This document shows positions 21,946 through 30,624 of a stretch of 64,000 nt of DNA, piece by piece. The stretch's first letter is position 1, and each line of letters starts with the position of its first letter. The notes beneath the pieces were generated by a model. It did not search any database and was not told the DNA's origin. It saw nothing but the letters and a program-made list of their open reading frames with translations. The stretch lies in contig LFCK01000001.1 of NCBI GenBank assembly GCA_001189095.1, forward strand, positions 253,159-317,158, given 5' to 3'. Source of the DNA: Parcubacteria bacterium C7867-001. GTDB lineage: Bacteria > Patescibacteriota > Minisyncoccia > Phycocordibacterales > Phycocordibacteraceae. Position numbers and translations under genes: made by a program.

Positions 21946-23019
21946 ATGCCTACTAAAGCTAAAAAAACCACTGCCGTGCGCGGAGCGTCGAAAATCGCGA
22001 AGCTCTCGTTCGATGATGCTGTCCTCGTAAAGCGTATGCTTACCGAGGTTTCCGACCGCGCCAAGGAGGTTCTTACCCTCCGCTTTGGCCTTGGCACTTC
22101 GCAGAAGCGCGAGACGCTTGAGGCTATCGGCGAACGCTGGGGTATTACCCGCGAGCGCGTCCGCCAGATTGAGGCAGCAGGTATCGAATCTATCCGCTCA
22201 AGCAAGGCTTTCAAGGATTCAACGGCTCCACTTGCCGAACTCTCCAACTACGTCGAATCGCTCGGCGTTATCGTCCGTGAAGAAGAGCTTCTCGCCGGCC
22301 TTGGCGCTGACGAGAAGACGCGCAACCGTTTCCGCTTCCTCCTTGTTGTGGGCAGTACCTTTTATCGCGAACGCGAAACAGATGATTTCTACGCACGCTG
22401 GCACGTTGATCACAAGACCGCAGACCGTGTTCACAAGGCACTTTCTTCGCTTTACGGCTCACTCTCCGATTCTGAAGTGCTTTCCGAAAGCGAACTCTTC
22501 AACCGTTTTCTCGACGAACTCAAGGAAGTAAACGAAGTCTATAAGAACGAGGAAATCATGAAGCGTTGGCTCGCACTCAGTAAGACGATCTCAGCAAATC
22601 CGCTCGCAGAATGGGGTCGCTCGGAAGCTGCAGGCATCAAGACCAAAGGTATCCGCGATTACGCGTACCTCGTGGTTAAGCGCGCAGGAAAGCCGATGCA
22701 CTTCACCGATGTCGCTGGCGCCATTGTCGATCTCTTCTCCAAGAATGCGCACGTCGCAACGACTCACAACGAACTCATGAAGGACCCTCGCTTCGTGCTC
22801 GTCGGCCGTGGTCTCTACGCGCTCGCAGAATGGGGCTACAGTCCGGGCGTCGTTCGCGATGTTATTCGCGACATTCTCAAGAAGAAGCCGCTCACTAAGG
22901 ACGAGCTTCTCGAAGAGGTGAAGAAAGTGCGCTACGTGAAGGACAACACGATCCTCGTGAATCTCAACGACTCCCGCTACTTCAAGAAAAATAAGAACGG
23001 CACTTACTCAGCCGCATAA
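21946..23019 (+). CDS. sigma70 region-4 HTH plus HARE-HTH-like protein
   Basis: LRFGL...ETLEAIGERWGITRERVRQIE; C-terminal PMHFTDV...FVLVGRGLYALAEWG. Confidence 0.8.
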   Translation: MPTKAKKTTAVRGASKIAKLSFDDAVLVKRMLTEVSDRAKEVLTLRFGLGTSQKRETLEAIGERWGITRERVRQIEAAGIESIRSSKAFKDSTAPLAELSNYVESLGVIVREEELLAGLGADEKTRNRFRFLLVVGSTFYRERETDDFYARWHVDHKTADRVHKALSSLYGSLSDSEVLSESELFNRFLDELKEVNEVYKNEEIMKRWLALSKTISANPLAEWGRSEAAGIKTKGIRDYAYLVVKRAGKPMHFTDVAGAIVDLFSKNAHVATTHNELMKDPRFVLVGRGLYALAEWGYSPGVVRDVIRDILKKKPLTKDELLEEVKKVRYVKDNTILVNLNDSRYFKKNKNGTYSAA

Positions 23020-23031
23020 TGAAAAACGCGT

Positions 23032-23064
23032 AATGCCCCGAACCAAACAGGTTCGGGGCATTTT
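23032..23064 (+). terminator. intrinsic terminator
   Basis: AATGCCCCGAACC-AAACA-GGTTCGGGGCATT plus TT. Confidence 0.75.
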
Positions 23065-23147
23065 GCTATGCTATACCCCGTGAGATAAAGGCGCTTGTTC
23101 AAGCGGTGATTCTCGAAATGCGATATCTCACGGGGTATACTCTTCCT

Positions 23148-24521
23148 ATGTCATCGGCGAGTCCGTATCCGCTCTACGACTGGAGCACGAAGCTCATTAA
23201 GGAAGCCCGCAAATCGGCCGGTCTCGTGCTGTCGGGTGAAATGTTCTGCGTCATCTACAGTGCCCTTATCTTTATTTTCTTCCTCTTTGCGCCAGCGCAA
23301 TCAGTGCAGAACTTTGAGGTGCTGATTTTCCTCTCGCCGCTCTGGTTGCCGTTTATGGTTATGGGCTTTGCGCGCGAAAAACGCCTCGAGCTTGCGCGGG
23401 CACTTTTCCATGTCACCCAGAAGAAGATTTTGCTCGAGCTGCGCGTTCCGCGCGACACACGTAAATCGCCGCAGGCGATGGAAACCTTCTTCACGAACCT
23501 CGCGCTCGCTCCGGGGGAATCAACGTGGTACAAGCGCATGATTCAAGGTCGCACGCGCCCATGGTGGTCGCTCGAGCTCGTTTCGACTGAAGGCGAAGTA
23601 CATTTCTATATTTGGACATGGGAAATCTGGCGCCGTCCGCTCGAAAGCTTCCTCTATGCGCAGTACCCCGGTGCTGAACTCATCGAAGCCACTGACTACA
23701 GCCGCCTTATCGATCCGAGTCACGAACCAAACAAGATGTGGACGGTCGAATACGCGTTCGCCGAACCCGATGCGTTCCCGATTAATTCCTACATTGACTT
23801 CGGACTTGAGAAAAATCCAAAACCAGAAGAGCAGGTTGACCCAATCGCGCAGGTTATTGAGGTGCTCAACAGCATTGGTAAAGGCGAACACATTTGGATA
23901 CAGATCATGATTCAAGGCGATAACGCGAAGAGTCCTAAGTTTGCAGGAAGAATGAACAAGAAAGGGAAGCCATACACCATCATTGACGAGGGTGAAGAGA
24001 CTATCGAAAAAATTCGCCGAAACGCGATGATGCAGTACGAGGAAGTGGACTCGATGGGCAAGAAGATAAAGAAGACACTCACGAACCCGACCAAGGGCCA
24101 GCTCGACATGATCTCCGACATTAGCCGAAAGATTTACAAGCCATGCTACGACGTTGGTATGCGCGCGATTTACTTCGCTGACAAGGAGCACTTCAAGGGA
24201 ACGACGCCGGGGGCTGTCGGTAGCATTTGGAAACCGTTTGGCGGTGCGAACAAAATTGGTGACGTTGGCGGGAGCAATGATTTCTTCGGATACCCTTGGG
24301 AGGATCCGGGTCGGAAGCGCGAAGCACACATGGAGCATCATGCGCTCCTCTCCTACCGCCGCCGTGCGTATTTTTACCCGCCGTGCGTGGGCACGTACAT
24401 GATCATGAGCGCTGAAGAGCTCGCCACAATCTTCCATATCCCATCGAGTACCGTAGCGTCAGGAGGCTTCACGCGCATCCAGAGCGCAACCTCAGGGGCG
24501 CCGGGCAATCTTCCGACGTAA
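23148..24521 (+). CDS. membrane-anchored hypothetical protein
   Basis: Two N-terminal TMs; LLELRVP...SPQAME, WWSLE, AQYPGAE, EELATIFHIP; recalled resemblance to regions preceding CPR VirD4/TraG-like ATPases. Confidence 0.75.
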   Translation: MSSASPYPLYDWSTKLIKEARKSAGLVLSGEMFCVIYSALIFIFFLFAPAQSVQNFEVLIFLSPLWLPFMVMGFAREKRLELARALFHVTQKKILLELRVPRDTRKSPQAMETFFTNLALAPGESTWYKRMIQGRTRPWWSLELVSTEGEVHFYIWTWEIWRRPLESFLYAQYPGAELIEATDYSRLIDPSHEPNKMWTVEYAFAEPDAFPINSYIDFGLEKNPKPEEQVDPIAQVIEVLNSIGKGEHIWIQIMIQGDNAKSPKFAGRMNKKGKPYTIIDEGEETIEKIRRNAMMQYEEVDSMGKKIKKTLTNPTKGQLDMISDISRKIYKPCYDVGMRAIYFADKEHFKGTTPGAVGSIWKPFGGANKIGDVGGSNDFFGYPWEDPGRKREAHMEHHALLSYRRRAYFYPPCVGTYMIMSAEELATIFHIPSSTVASGGFTRIQSATSGAPGNLPT

Positions 24522-24524
24522 AGC

Positions 24525-25529
24525 ATGGATATCGACCCGCGTCTCGCCCTCATTTCGGCGATTATCGAGTTCCACGTTGCGCGCCTGCGCACCTTTTATA
24601 TTTCATTCTTTCTCGCACTCGCGGTGGTTGCCGCAGCGCTCTGGTACACCCTTCTCGTCCCTCCTGCACAATTTCCTACCGGCAACATCATCACGGTTCC
24701 AAAAGACGAAACGCTCTACATGATAGCGACCGAGCTCGCGAACGAGCACGTGATCACTTCGCCGCGACTCTTCCTCGCTGTTGCGCGCGTGCTCGGCGGC
24801 GATACGCAAATTCAAGCAGGTCGCTATCTCTTCGCCGAACCGTCGGGGCTCTTCACGGTGGTTTGGCGTCTCATCAACCACGAGACGGGAATCATACCGG
24901 TACGTGTGCGACTCGTCGAAGGAATGACGGCGCGCGATATGGCGGATACGCTCAAAAAACAACTCCCGGGCTTCGACGAAGCAGCATTCCTCGCGGAAGC
25001 GGTTCCGCTTGAAGGTCATCTTTTTCCTGACACCTACGAGCTCTATCCAGGAACGACATCGCATGAGATTGTCGTCATGCTTTATGCAAATTTTGAGACA
25101 CAGCTCGCAACAATCGAAGATAAGGTAAAAGCCTTCAATAAACCGCTTCCGGACATCATCACCATGGCATCGCTTATTGAACGCGAAGGCCGAGGACTAA
25201 AAGAGAAGCAGATGATCTCGGGTGTTCTATGGAATCGCATCAAAAAGGGAATTCCGCTTCAAGTCGATGCGGTATTTGGATACATCAACAATCGCCAAAC
25301 CTACAGTCCATCGTTTGCGGATTTGAAAATAGATTCGCCCTACAACACGTATACAAATAAAGGTTTGCCACCGGGTGCTATCGCAAATCCGGGCATCGAC
25401 TCGCTCCTTGCTGCGGTCACGCCAGCGACAACGACCGCACTCTACTACCTAACGGGACGCGACGGACGCATGTATTACGCAAAAACGTTCGCAGAACATA
25501 AACGCAACCGCGCACTGTATCTTGATTGA
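24525..25529 (+). CDS. mltG: endolytic transglycosylase MltG
   Basis: LEGHLFPDTY, MASLIERE, LQVDA, SPYNTY...GLPPGAIANPG. Confidence 0.95.
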   Translation: MDIDPRLALISAIIEFHVARLRTFYISFFLALAVVAAALWYTLLVPPAQFPTGNIITVPKDETLYMIATELANEHVITSPRLFLAVARVLGGDTQIQAGRYLFAEPSGLFTVVWRLINHETGIIPVRVRLVEGMTARDMADTLKKQLPGFDEAAFLAEAVPLEGHLFPDTYELYPGTTSHEIVVMLYANFETQLATIEDKVKAFNKPLPDIITMASLIEREGRGLKEKQMISGVLWNRIKKGIPLQVDAVFGYINNRQTYSPSFADLKIDSPYNTYTNKGLPPGAIANPGIDSLLAAVTPATTTALYYLTGRDGRMYYAKTFAEHKRNRALYLD

Positions 25530-25712
25530 TTCGCATTAAAAGTATTTGGATTTTTGGGGTCCCCATTCTGATGGGGGTGAGCCGGCAGAAGACGGCAGCG
25601 AGGATGCAGCATCCGAGCGTTAGTCTTCAAAATATGCACGGCGAATAAAAAGAGCCGCACGCGCCGTAGCGAGATGCGGCTCTTCAAGGAATTAGATTTT
25701 AGTTTGTTCGGT

Positions 25713-26048
25713 CTACGGCAACGTAAACACATCGCTCCACTCCCCGTGCACTGATTTTTTCTGAATCTCTATCGCCTCCTCGAGCCAAAGCGCTCGGAGG
25801 TCTTCATTCGAAAGCGGGTGTTCCGCTTCGGAGAAGAAAGACCAGCCATCAGTACCGGCAGGGGTAAGGAACCAGTGATTTCCGTCGTGGTTCTTTTTAT
25901 CGAACAACTTCGACAACGGGACCAGTCGAGCAAGCTTTTGATACTTGCCAGAGAGACTGGGGTCCGTCAGTTTCAATCGTACGATCCGTAGCTGGACACC
26001 AAAATCTATGTGTTTTTGGCTCTTGCAAAGAGCACACTGTGCGTACAT
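25713..26048 (-). CDS. hypothetical protein with N-terminal CxxC
   Basis: SD GGAGG before MYAQCALCK. Confidence 0.55.
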   Translation of the reverse strand: MYAQCALCKSQKHIDFGVQLRIVRLKLTDPSLSGKYQKLARLVPLSKLFDKKNHDGNHWFLTPAGTDGWSFFSEAEHPLSNEDLRALWLEEAIEIQKKSVHGEWSDVFTLP

Positions 26049-26115
26049 GTATGCCTCCATGGGCAACAAAGGCTTCAAGTGCGCCTCCAAATACAGTATA
26101 TTCCTTACAACTGCT

Positions 26116-27159
26116 ATGCATGTCAATACCTCCCTTCAGGGAACCAAGATATTCGTCGGCCTTTCGGGCGGCGTAGACTCCGCTGTTACTGCAGCGCTTT
26201 TGCAGCGTGCGGGTGCCTCAGTGACCGGCGTTTTCATCAAAGGTTGGTATCCGGAAGGACTCCCGTGCACGTGGGCTGCCGACCGTCGCGACGCGATGCG
26301 TGTTGCAGCCCATCTCCATATACCGTTCGTTACGCTCGATGCTTCGAAGGAATACAAGCAAGGCGTTATAGACTATCTTCTGCGCGAATATCGAAACGGT
26401 CGGACACCAAACCCCGACATCATGTGCAACAAGGAAGTTAAGTTCGGTGCGTTCTTTGATTTTGCGATGAAGAATGGTGCGGACTATATAGCAACGGGCC
26501 ACTACGCGCGCGTAACGCACGAAGAGGACGCATCGCTCAAGCGCGGCGTTGACCCAAAGAAGGATCAAAGCTATTTCTTGTGGGCCATCCGACCAGAAGC
26601 GCTTCAAAAAACGCTTTTTCCGCTCGGCGGATTTGAGAAGCCGCACGTACGCAAACTAGCGCAGGAATTCAGTCTTCCCGTGAAAGAGAAGGCTGACAGC
26701 CAAGGTATTTGCTTCCTCGGTTCTATTTCAGTAGATGACTTCCTTCGCAATGAATTCGGTACGCGCACCGGCAAAATAGTTTCAACGGAGGGTGTGGAGG
26801 TCGGGGAACATGACAGCGTCTTGCTTTCAACTATCGGCCAGCGCATAAGCGCGCCGAACGGGCCGTGGTACGTCGTTCGGAAGGATATCGAGAAGAACGA
26901 ACTTATCGTTTCGCATGAGCACGGAGAAAAAAGCTCGGAGGCTATCGGCCTAGAGAACGTGAACTGGTTCAAAGAACCAAAATCGGATGAGACGCTTATC
27001 GCGCAGTACCGCTATCACGGCCCGATGATCATGGGAACGTATGACGCAGCTCGCGCCGTCTTTCAACCGAGCGCGCCTATGGACGAAGTGCCTGCAAGCG
27101 GTCAATCGCTCGTGCTGTATCAAGGAGATGTCTGTAGTGGAGGTGGTATTATTTCGTAA
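26116..27159 (+). CDS. mnmA: tRNA 2-thiouridylase MnmA
   Basis: SGGVDS, TPNPDIMCN, ATGHYAR, KDQSYFL, DSQGICF. Confidence 0.97.
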   Translation: MHVNTSLQGTKIFVGLSGGVDSAVTAALLQRAGASVTGVFIKGWYPEGLPCTWAADRRDAMRVAAHLHIPFVTLDASKEYKQGVIDYLLREYRNGRTPNPDIMCNKEVKFGAFFDFAMKNGADYIATGHYARVTHEEDASLKRGVDPKKDQSYFLWAIRPEALQKTLFPLGGFEKPHVRKLAQEFSLPVKEKADSQGICFLGSISVDDFLRNEFGTRTGKIVSTEGVEVGEHDSVLLSTIGQRISAPNGPWYVVRKDIEKNELIVSHEHGEKSSEAIGLENVNWFKEPKSDETLIAQYRYHGPMIMGTYDAARAVFQPSAPMDEVPASGQSLVLYQGDVCSGGGIIS

Positions 27160-28002
27160 ATGAATGCACGCAGCACTCCGGTCATCGTTAAAGCGGACGG
27201 CACCGTAGAGGCGTTCGATCCTGCAAAACTTGAAAGCTCGCTTCGACGCGCAGGCGCAGGCGACGCAACGGCGAAGCGCATCCGCACCACCATCGAAGCT
27301 TCGATGGTTAAAGGTGCTTCGACCAAAGAGATTTACACCCGTGCGTTCGCGATGCTCCGACATGAAGCGCGTCCCGTCGCCGCTCGCTACAGCCTTCGTC
27401 GAGCGCTTTTTGAATTCGGACCATCGGGACACCCCTTTGAAGATTTCGTCGCGGAACTTTTCAAGGCAGAGGGCTGGAACGTTGAGTGGCGCAAGATGAT
27501 TGGAGGGAAATGCATTTCGCACGAGGTCGATATCTATGCGACTCGGAACGGCGAATATTTAGGAGCCGAGTTGAAGTATCACAACGATCCGAACTACAAA
27601 ACGGACGTGAAAGTGGCGCTCTACGTGAAAGCTCGTTTCGATGACATATGGCAGTGCGACCCGAAGGTAAATAACAAATGTCCTGTCGACCACGGCATGC
27701 TCATTACCAACACCAAATTCACCTCGCAAGCAGTCGAATACGCCCGCTGTGCTGGCATTGAGCTCCTCGGCTGGAGCTATCCGCTGGAAGGGAATCTCTA
27801 TGACCGCATCGTTGCAGCCGGTATATACCCCATTACGGCCCTCACCAGCCTCCGAAAGGCTGAAAAACGCATGCTTATCGACGCGGGTATCGTGACCTGC
27901 AACCAGCTCAAAGACCGTCGTGACGAGCTCAGGAAGCTTTCCGTGACGCCTGAACGGGTAGGCGTTATAGTTACAGAAAGCGAGAACCTCTGCGCACAGT
28001 GA
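27160..28002 (+). CDS. ATP-cone plus Mrr-like restriction-endonuclease-fold protein
   Basis: IVKADGTVEAFDPAKL (ATP cone); FEDFV, HEVDI, ELKYH, LITNTKFT. Confidence 0.85.
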   Translation: MNARSTPVIVKADGTVEAFDPAKLESSLRRAGAGDATAKRIRTTIEASMVKGASTKEIYTRAFAMLRHEARPVAARYSLRRALFEFGPSGHPFEDFVAELFKAEGWNVEWRKMIGGKCISHEVDIYATRNGEYLGAELKYHNDPNYKTDVKVALYVKARFDDIWQCDPKVNNKCPVDHGMLITNTKFTSQAVEYARCAGIELLGWSYPLEGNLYDRIVAAGIYPITALTSLRKAEKRMLIDAGIVTCNQLKDRRDELRKLSVTPERVGVIVTESENLCAQ

Positions 28003-28029
28003 TATCTGGGAGTGAGGTTATGAACAATC

Positions 28030-28554
28030 ATGAAAACCTCATCCAACACACAGCTTATGAAAGTCGAGTCCAAGAAGCGTAATCCTTTTTTCTGGGGAGT
28101 CCTCGGATTTATTGTCGGCATTGGTGCTGCAGGCATCTGGCTTCTCGGAAATTACATCCCTGAATTTTCGCTTCCAGATACCGATTCGACCGCATCGACA
28201 ACGATGACGCCCGACGGCGAACTTCCTCCAGCAAGCAATCTTATTTCCGTTGAAGATCAAAACGCCGGAACGGAAGTCATTGTGCAGAAGCTCGATGTTC
28301 CATCGCCGGGTGTATGGGCTGCAGTTCAGGAGCGAAACGGCGGGAAGCTGGGTAATGTTCTCGGCGCAGCACGCGTGACCGCTCCGGACACTGGCGTCGC
28401 TATCCCTCTTTTGCGCGCTACCGAGCCGGCGCACTCCTATGCAGTTGTTCTGTATCGAAACGACAACGGCGGGGACTTCGCGTTCGATAAGAACAGTGTG
28501 TATGTCGATTACGATACGGGGGACCGTGTGGTCGCACCGTTCAGCACCAAATAA
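28030..28554 (+). CDS. membrane-anchored extracellular beta-rich protein
   Basis: One TM, Thr/Ser linker, beta-rich domain. Confidence 0.7.
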   Translation: MKTSSNTQLMKVESKKRNPFFWGVLGFIVGIGAAGIWLLGNYIPEFSLPDTDSTASTTMTPDGELPPASNLISVEDQNAGTEVIVQKLDVPSPGVWAAVQERNGGKLGNVLGAARVTAPDTGVAIPLLRATEPAHSYAVVLYRNDNGGDFAFDKNSVYVDYDTGDRVVAPFSTK

Positions 28555-28556
28555 TC

Positions 28557-29345
28557 ATGGCTGGCTGGAAATCAAAAACATTCGACCCGTCGTCGAAAGA
28601 ACCCTTCACCATTAGCCGCTCCAAGGTGGACATGTTCACCGAGTGCCCGCGCTGCTCGTATCTCGACCTGCGTCTTGGCGTAAAGCGTCCCTCGATGCCG
28701 GGATTTACGCTCAATATGGCGGTGGACGAGCTTTTCAAACGCGAATTCGATGTGCACCGTGCGAACGGCACTACGCATCCCTTGATGAAAGCGTATGGGC
28801 TCAATGCGGTACCGATGAAAGATGATCGCATGGACGAGTGGCGAGACGCGCTCAAGCGCGGCATAAAATTCCATCACACGGAATCGAATTTCATACTACG
28901 CGGCGGTATCGACGATGCGTGGATGTCCGCGGACGGTGAAGTTATTGTGGTTGACTACAAAGCGACCAGTAAAAAAGTGGGACCGACGACTGAAGACGAC
29001 CTCTACGATTCCTACAAGAAGCAAATGGCGGTGTATCAATGGCTCTTTCGCCAGAACGGATTCAAAGTGTCGCCGACCGGCTATTTCGTGTACGCGAACG
29101 GTGAATCGGACAAAGAAGCGTTCGACGCGAAGCTCGAGTTCAGCATCGTCCTCATCCCGTACGCAGGTTCGGACTCATGGGTCGCTCCGACGCTCATGAA
29201 GATGCGCGAGACGCTCTCAAGCGATGAGATTCCTGACTACGGTCGCGGAACCGCCTTCGGCGGCAAGGATTGCGAATATTGCACCTACCGCGACGGAGCT
29301 GGAAACGCGTTCAAACAGCTTGTTGCTGAAAGAAAAAAGAAATAA
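28557..29345 (+). CDS. PD-(D/E)XK nuclease, RecB/Cas4-like
   Basis: CPRC, GGIDD, VVDYKAT, QMAVY, CEYC. Confidence 0.9.
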   Translation: MAGWKSKTFDPSSKEPFTISRSKVDMFTECPRCSYLDLRLGVKRPSMPGFTLNMAVDELFKREFDVHRANGTTHPLMKAYGLNAVPMKDDRMDEWRDALKRGIKFHHTESNFILRGGIDDAWMSADGEVIVVDYKATSKKVGPTTEDDLYDSYKKQMAVYQWLFRQNGFKVSPTGYFVYANGESDKEAFDAKLEFSIVLIPYAGSDSWVAPTLMKMRETLSSDEIPDYGRGTAFGGKDCEYCTYRDGAGNAFKQLVAERKKK

Positions 29346-29347
29346 CC

Positions 29348-29611
29348 GTGAACAGCTTCGCAGAAAAAGTGCGTGCGGTTGTACGGAAAATTCCCAAGGG
29401 AAAGACGATGACGTATGGCGCTGTTGCGAAAGCCGCGGGACGCACCGGCGCAGCACGCGCCGTCGGAACTATCATGAGCCACAACGACGACACAACAGTT
29501 CCATGCCATCGCGTTGTCCGCTCGGATGGGAAGCGCAGCGGCTATAACGGCCTCATGGGCGTGAGCCGCGAAGCCATCCTCGCGAAAGAGCGAGCCGAGC
29601 TCGCGGCATAA
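29348..29611 (+). CDS. MGMT family O6-alkylguanine-DNA alkyltransferase (C-terminal domain only)
   Basis: IPKGKTMTYG, ARAVG, VPCHRVV. Confidence 0.9.
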   Translation: MNSFAEKVRAVVRKIPKGKTMTYGAVAKAAGRTGAARAVGTIMSHNDDTTVPCHRVVRSDGKRSGYNGLMGVSREAILAKERAELAA

Positions 29612-29680
29612 GTTACGCACCTCGCGCGATTGCGCCCTTTCGTACAGGATTCATACTTACGCTCAGAAAGGAGGTCCTTC

Positions 29681-29806
29681 ATGCCTAAGGATCCCGTTGG
29701 TGAATACGTTCGCCTTATGTACCAACTTTCTTCCATCTGGTGGAATATGTGGCTCTCGCCTCATGAAAGCTATGGCCATTATCATCACCTGTGGAGGAAG
29801 CTTTGA
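29681..29806 (+). CDS. small Trp/His-rich peptide (41 aa)
   Basis: SD AAGGAGG; MPKDPVGEYVRLMYQLSSIWWNMWLSPHESYGHYHHLWRKL. Confidence 0.5.
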   Translation: MPKDPVGEYVRLMYQLSSIWWNMWLSPHESYGHYHHLWRKL

Positions 29807-29901
29807 TCAGTGGTGAACGGGTACTGATGCTGTACCGCATCGCCCTCCTCGCTCTCGCACTCTCGCTCCGCGCTCTTTTGAGCACGTGCGTGCATGCGTA
29901 A
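29803..29901 (+). CDS. small hydrophobic peptide (32 aa)
   Basis: TTG start overlaps preceding TGA, SD GGAGG, terminator follows. Confidence 0.35.
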   Translation: MISGERVLMLYRIALLALALSLRALLSTCVHA

Positions 29902-29951
29902 AGCCGCGCGAAGAATCGCGCGGTTTTGCTATTGTCGATATACTCATAGCC

Positions 29952-30620
29952 ATGGAAGTGAAAATAGAAGCTTCGTGGAAAGAGAAGCTTAAAGGCGAGT
30001 TCGAAAAACCGTATTTCAAGGAGCTCACGGAGTTCGTGAAAGACGAATATGCGAGTGCGACGGTATATCCGCCGCCGAAATTCATTTTTTGCGCGTTTGA
30101 ACTTTGTCCGTTCGACAGCGTGAAAGTGATTATCCTTGGTCAGGATCCGTACCACGGAACGGGTCAAGCGAACGGCCTCTCCTTTGCGGTGAATGACGGC
30201 GTGCGACTGCCGCCGTCGCTTCAGAATATTTACAAAGAAATAGAGAACGACATCGGCTCAACACCAAATCAAAGCGGCGACCTCTCCCGTTGGGCAAAAC
30301 AGGGAGTACTTCTTTTGAATGCAACGCTCACGGTGCGTGCGGCAACTCCCGGCTCGCATCAAAACAAAGGTTGGGAGCAGTTCACGGACGCCGTGATTCG
30401 TGCACTTTCCGACGAACGCGAAGGACTCGTCTTTATACTTTGGGGGAACTACGCACGAAACAAAGGTGCACATATCGATCGCAGCAAGCATCTCGTTATT
30501 GAATCCCCACACCCATCACCCTTTTCTGCATACAACGGATTCTTCGGCTCAAAACCGTTCAGTACGGCCAACACATACCTCGAACAAAACAAGCAAACGC
30601 CTATAGACTGGCTATCTTAA
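29952..30620 (+). CDS. ung: uracil-DNA glycosylase family 1
   Basis: GQDPYH, PPSLQNI, GVLLLN, HPSPFS. Confidence 0.97.
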   Translation: MEVKIEASWKEKLKGEFEKPYFKELTEFVKDEYASATVYPPPKFIFCAFELCPFDSVKVIILGQDPYHGTGQANGLSFAVNDGVRLPPSLQNIYKEIENDIGSTPNQSGDLSRWAKQGVLLLNATLTVRAATPGSHQNKGWEQFTDAVIRALSDEREGLVFILWGNYARNKGAHIDRSKHLVIESPHPSPFSAYNGFFGSKPFSTANTYLEQNKQTPIDWLS

Positions 30621-30624
30621 TTTG

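Noticed and set aside
28557-29345. Cas4-like nuclease as a sign of CRISPR-Cas
   Set aside because: No repeat-spacer array or other cas genes in the window; solo PD-(D/E)XK protein
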